The translations under genes were made by a program, and so were the position numbers. From NCBI GenBank assembly GCA_965218425.1, contig OZ244621.1, positions 3,168,001 through 3,232,000 on the forward strand: 64,000 nucleotides of DNA. Reading direction: 5' to 3'. This document shows, piece after piece, positions 61,702 to 64,000 of this stretch (within the stretch, counting starts at the first letter, position 1; each line of letters starts with the position of its first letter). This stretch comes from an uncultured Candidatus Binatia bacterium (GTDB taxonomy: Bacteria; Desulfobacterota; Binatia; UBA9968; CAXXLF01). Under the pieces are notes generated by a model. The model did not search any database. It had not been told where the DNA came from and saw only the letters and a list, made by a program, of their open reading frames with translations.

Positions 61702-62514
61702 ATGGCACAACCATTGGACAATATTCGTTGGTTCACGGCGGCAAATCCGGGACCCATGACCCTTGAGGGAACGAACCAATACGTTCTGGGTCGTGACGCC
61801 ACCACTGTGATTGACGTGGCGCTGCCCTCGTCGGGGAACATTGATGGCATCCTTGAAAAGGTGGAAGCCATGGGCGCGAAGAAAGTGGAGCGTATCCTTA
61901 TTACCCATATCCATCGAGATCACTGCGGAGGGGCCCTGGCGTTAAAAAAGAGGTGCGGAGCGAAACTGGGTATCTCTAAGACCCGTGCGGGGCACCTGGG
62001 AGGAGAAGACTTTCAATACGGGGAGGGAGACCGGATCCCCTATGACGGTGGCGAGCTCAGTGTGGTGCACACACCGGGTCATGAGTCAGGGCACTGTTGC
62101 TTCTATGAGAGTCGCCAGGAGGTTCTTTTTACCGGAGATCACATCCTTGGTCGGGGGACCGCAGTCATCGGCCCTCCCGATGGTGACATGGCTCACTATA
62201 TGCAATCCCTCGAAAAGCTTTTGGACCTAAAAATTCAAGTGTTACTACCCGGTCATGGCCCCCATATGGACGATCCCTATGGGAAAATACGAGAGTATAT
62301 CGAGCATCGTCGGATGCGCGAACAACAGATACTTGGGTGCATGAAAGACGGGCGTTACACCGTTGATTCCATGGTGGAGGACATTTACCAGAAGCTCACT
62401 CCCGTGCTCATCCCTGTGGCGGGTCGCTCCGTGGAGGCCCACTTAATAAAACTGGTCCGGGAAAAGAGGATTGTCCAGCAGGGCAATGAATATTTCCTGA
62501 GACCAGCTCCCTGA
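61702..62514 (+). CDS. MBL-fold metallo-hydrolase (LACTB2-like)
   Basis: ANPGPMTLEGTNQY, THIHRDH, HTPGH, FTGDH and PGHG. Confidence 0.92.
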   Translation: MAQPLDNIRWFTAANPGPMTLEGTNQYVLGRDATTVIDVALPSSGNIDGILEKVEAMGAKKVERILITHIHRDHCGGALALKKRCGAKLGISKTRAGHLGGEDFQYGEGDRIPYDGGELSVVHTPGHESGHCCFYESRQEVLFTGDHILGRGTAVIGPPDGDMAHYMQSLEKLLDLKIQVLLPGHGPHMDDPYGKIREYIEHRRMREQQILGCMKDGRYTVDSMVEDIYQKLTPVLIPVAGRSVEAHLIKLVREKRIVQQGNEYFLRPAP

Positions 62515-62529
62515 CCGCCGCCGATCTAA

Positions 62530-63315
62530 TCAATCTTCCATGATGATGGTGGGGATTCCTTCCCTCGCCAGCCGGCGGGCCTGGTCCTGCGCTGCGCGGC
62601 GCTTGGAAAAGGTGCCCGTTTGAACTCTATAGTAAATGGAGTCGTTGCTCCGGAATAGCACGATGGTGACGGGTTTGGCCCAAGGATAGTTCTTATTTAA
62701 CCAACCCTTCAGTTCCAAGGCATTTTCTACTTGAACGAAGGATCCTAGTTGCAACGTATAATCGAGATTCGCACGAATCATCCGAATTCTGTGAATACCT
62801 CGTTCCACCAATTCAATTTTTACAGGGATCGTCCCTGGTTCCACCATCCCCAGGGCATTGGCGGCAGCATAGGAAAGGTCAATGATCCTTCCCTTCATGA
62901 ATGGGCCACGGTCATTAATGGTGACCTCAACCGATCTGCCGGTTTCCAGGTTAGTGACCATGACATGGCTACCCAAGGGCAGGGTTTGGTGAGCTGCAGT
63001 GAGTTCAAACTGATTATAAATGACGCCACTTGCGGTGGGCAGGCCGTGAAATCCAGGACCGTACCAGGAAGCGATGCCGGTTTGACTGGCACCTCCTGGA
63101 ATGGCATGTGGACCGGGCAACTCAACCTTTGCGGGAGGTAGTGAGCAAGCGAGGAGAAAAGGGAGGAGAACTGCGGGGAACCTTCCCAATCTCCAAGCTG
63201 TGGCCCGAACTTTTGAGCGTTGATACGATGAAAGAATTGGCTGGAGCATTAAAGCGCTTATTATACAAGATTGGACCTCCGGATGGAAGATCATTTGGGG
63301 ATGGAGGCGGACCAT
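62530..63315 (-). CDS. rlpA: Septal ring lytic transglycosylase RlpA with SPOR domain (start uncertain)
   Basis: Lipobox LLAC, ASWYGPGFHG, TAAH.TLP, INDRGPF, IDLSYAAA and SPOR LQLGSF. Confidence 0.92.
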   Translation of the reverse strand: MVRLHPQMIFHPEVQSCIISALMLQPILSSYQRSKVRATAWRLGRFPAVLLPFLLACSLPPAKVELPGPHAIPGGASQTGIASWYGPGFHGLPTASGVIYNQFELTAAHQTLPLGSHVMVTNLETGRSVEVTINDRGPFMKGRIIDLSYAAANALGMVEPGTIPVKIELVERGIHRIRMIRANLDYTLQLGSFVQVENALELKGWLNKNYPWAKPVTIVLFRSNDSIYYRVQTGTFSKRRAAQDQARRLAREGIPTIIMED

Positions 63316-63410
63316 TTACCCACGACCCATATTATGTTAAGAAGAGGGTGCTGTAATTCCTCACCCTAAGCCTGCTACTCTGATGAGTATTATTGAGAGA
63401 GGTTTCGGTT

Positions 63411-64000
63411 ATGTCAGGCCATTCTAAATGGAGTTCCATCAAGCATAAAAAAGCCGCCAAGGATGCCAAACGTGGAAAACTCTTTACCAAGCTTATCAAG
63501 GAGGTCACGGTGGCAGCCCGTATGGGTGGCGGCGACATCGATAGCAACCCCCGACTGCGCACTGCTGTACTAACCGCGAAGGCGGCCAGTATGCCTACGG
63601 AAAACATCGATCGTGCCATTAAGAAGGGCACGGGGGAACTGGAATCGGTTACCTATGAGGAGGTTAGCTACGAAGGCTACGGTCCGGGGGGAGCGGCCAT
63701 GATGGTCCACGTGCTCACGGACAATAAAAACCGAACCGTCTCGGAGATCCGACGTCTGTTCACGAAATACGGTGGCAATATGGGGGAGAGCGGATGTGTG
63801 GCCTGGATGTTCGACAGGAAGGCCTTGATCACTGTGGATAAGACCCGGATCGAAGAGGAACGTTTAATGGATGTGGCTTTGGATGGCGGAGCCGAGGATG
63901 TGCGCGAAGAAGACGGCCATTTTGAGATTGTCGCTCAACCTGAAGACCTTGAGAAACTAAGGGAACGCCTGGACCGAGAGAAAGTTCCCATGGTAACGGC
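63411..64000 (+). CDS. yebC: YebC/PmpR family protein (runs off the window)
   Basis: [27 protein letters not shown] and TDNKNRT. Confidence 0.95.
   Translation, partial: MSGHSKWSSIKHKKAAKDAKRGKLFTKLIKEVTVAARMGGGDIDSNPRLRTAVLTAKAASMPTENIDRAIKKGTGELESVTYEEVSYEGYGPGGAAMMVHVLTDNKNRTVSEIRRLFTKYGGNMGESGCVAWMFDRKALITVDKTRIEEERLMDVALDGGAEDVREEDGHFEIVAQPEDLEKLRERLDREKVPMVT

Noticed and set aside
1..64000. CRISPR array or cas genes
   Set aside because: No regularly spaced 23-47-bp direct repeats were found; the repeats present are short-period degenerate arms.

Overview
This 64-kb bacterial chromosome segment resembles a Deltaproteobacteria-like lineage, most plausibly Candidatus Binatia. That placement is an inference from gene content and protein style. 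The intact housekeeping backbone comprises trpS-scpA-scpB-rluB, secA-argJ, gatCAB, rnhB-yraN-serS, acnA, rlpA, yebC and tRNA-Ser(TGA). Accessory patches interrupt it: a cupin/cupin/UbiD aromatic-acid locus, a peptide-family ABC transporter, an itaconate-type CoA cluster, a type IIG R-M gene, a DUF547/TVP38/MerA-like trio, and an amidohydrolase followed by three tandem SDRs. Mobile DNA includes an intact IS630 and decayed IS1182, IS5, IS1-like and RAYT pieces, plus many frameshifted pseudogenes. The most notable observations are: (1) a DsbA-family gene between gatA and gatB with an in-frame TGA exactly at its CxxC (UPYC), probably a selenoprotein; (2) short-period (7-8 nt) imperfect inverted-repeat cassettes at many operon junctions, one holding a four-helix-bundle gene and the others empty; (3) a roughly 270-aa helical VAR region in SecA; (4) two compact promoter-hairpin-terminator units (candidate sRNAs) in the decayed defence/IS patch; (5) a 12-codon amidohydrolase deletion scar fused to the ABC solute-binding gene. 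All calls come from motif recognition by eye; no database searches were run.
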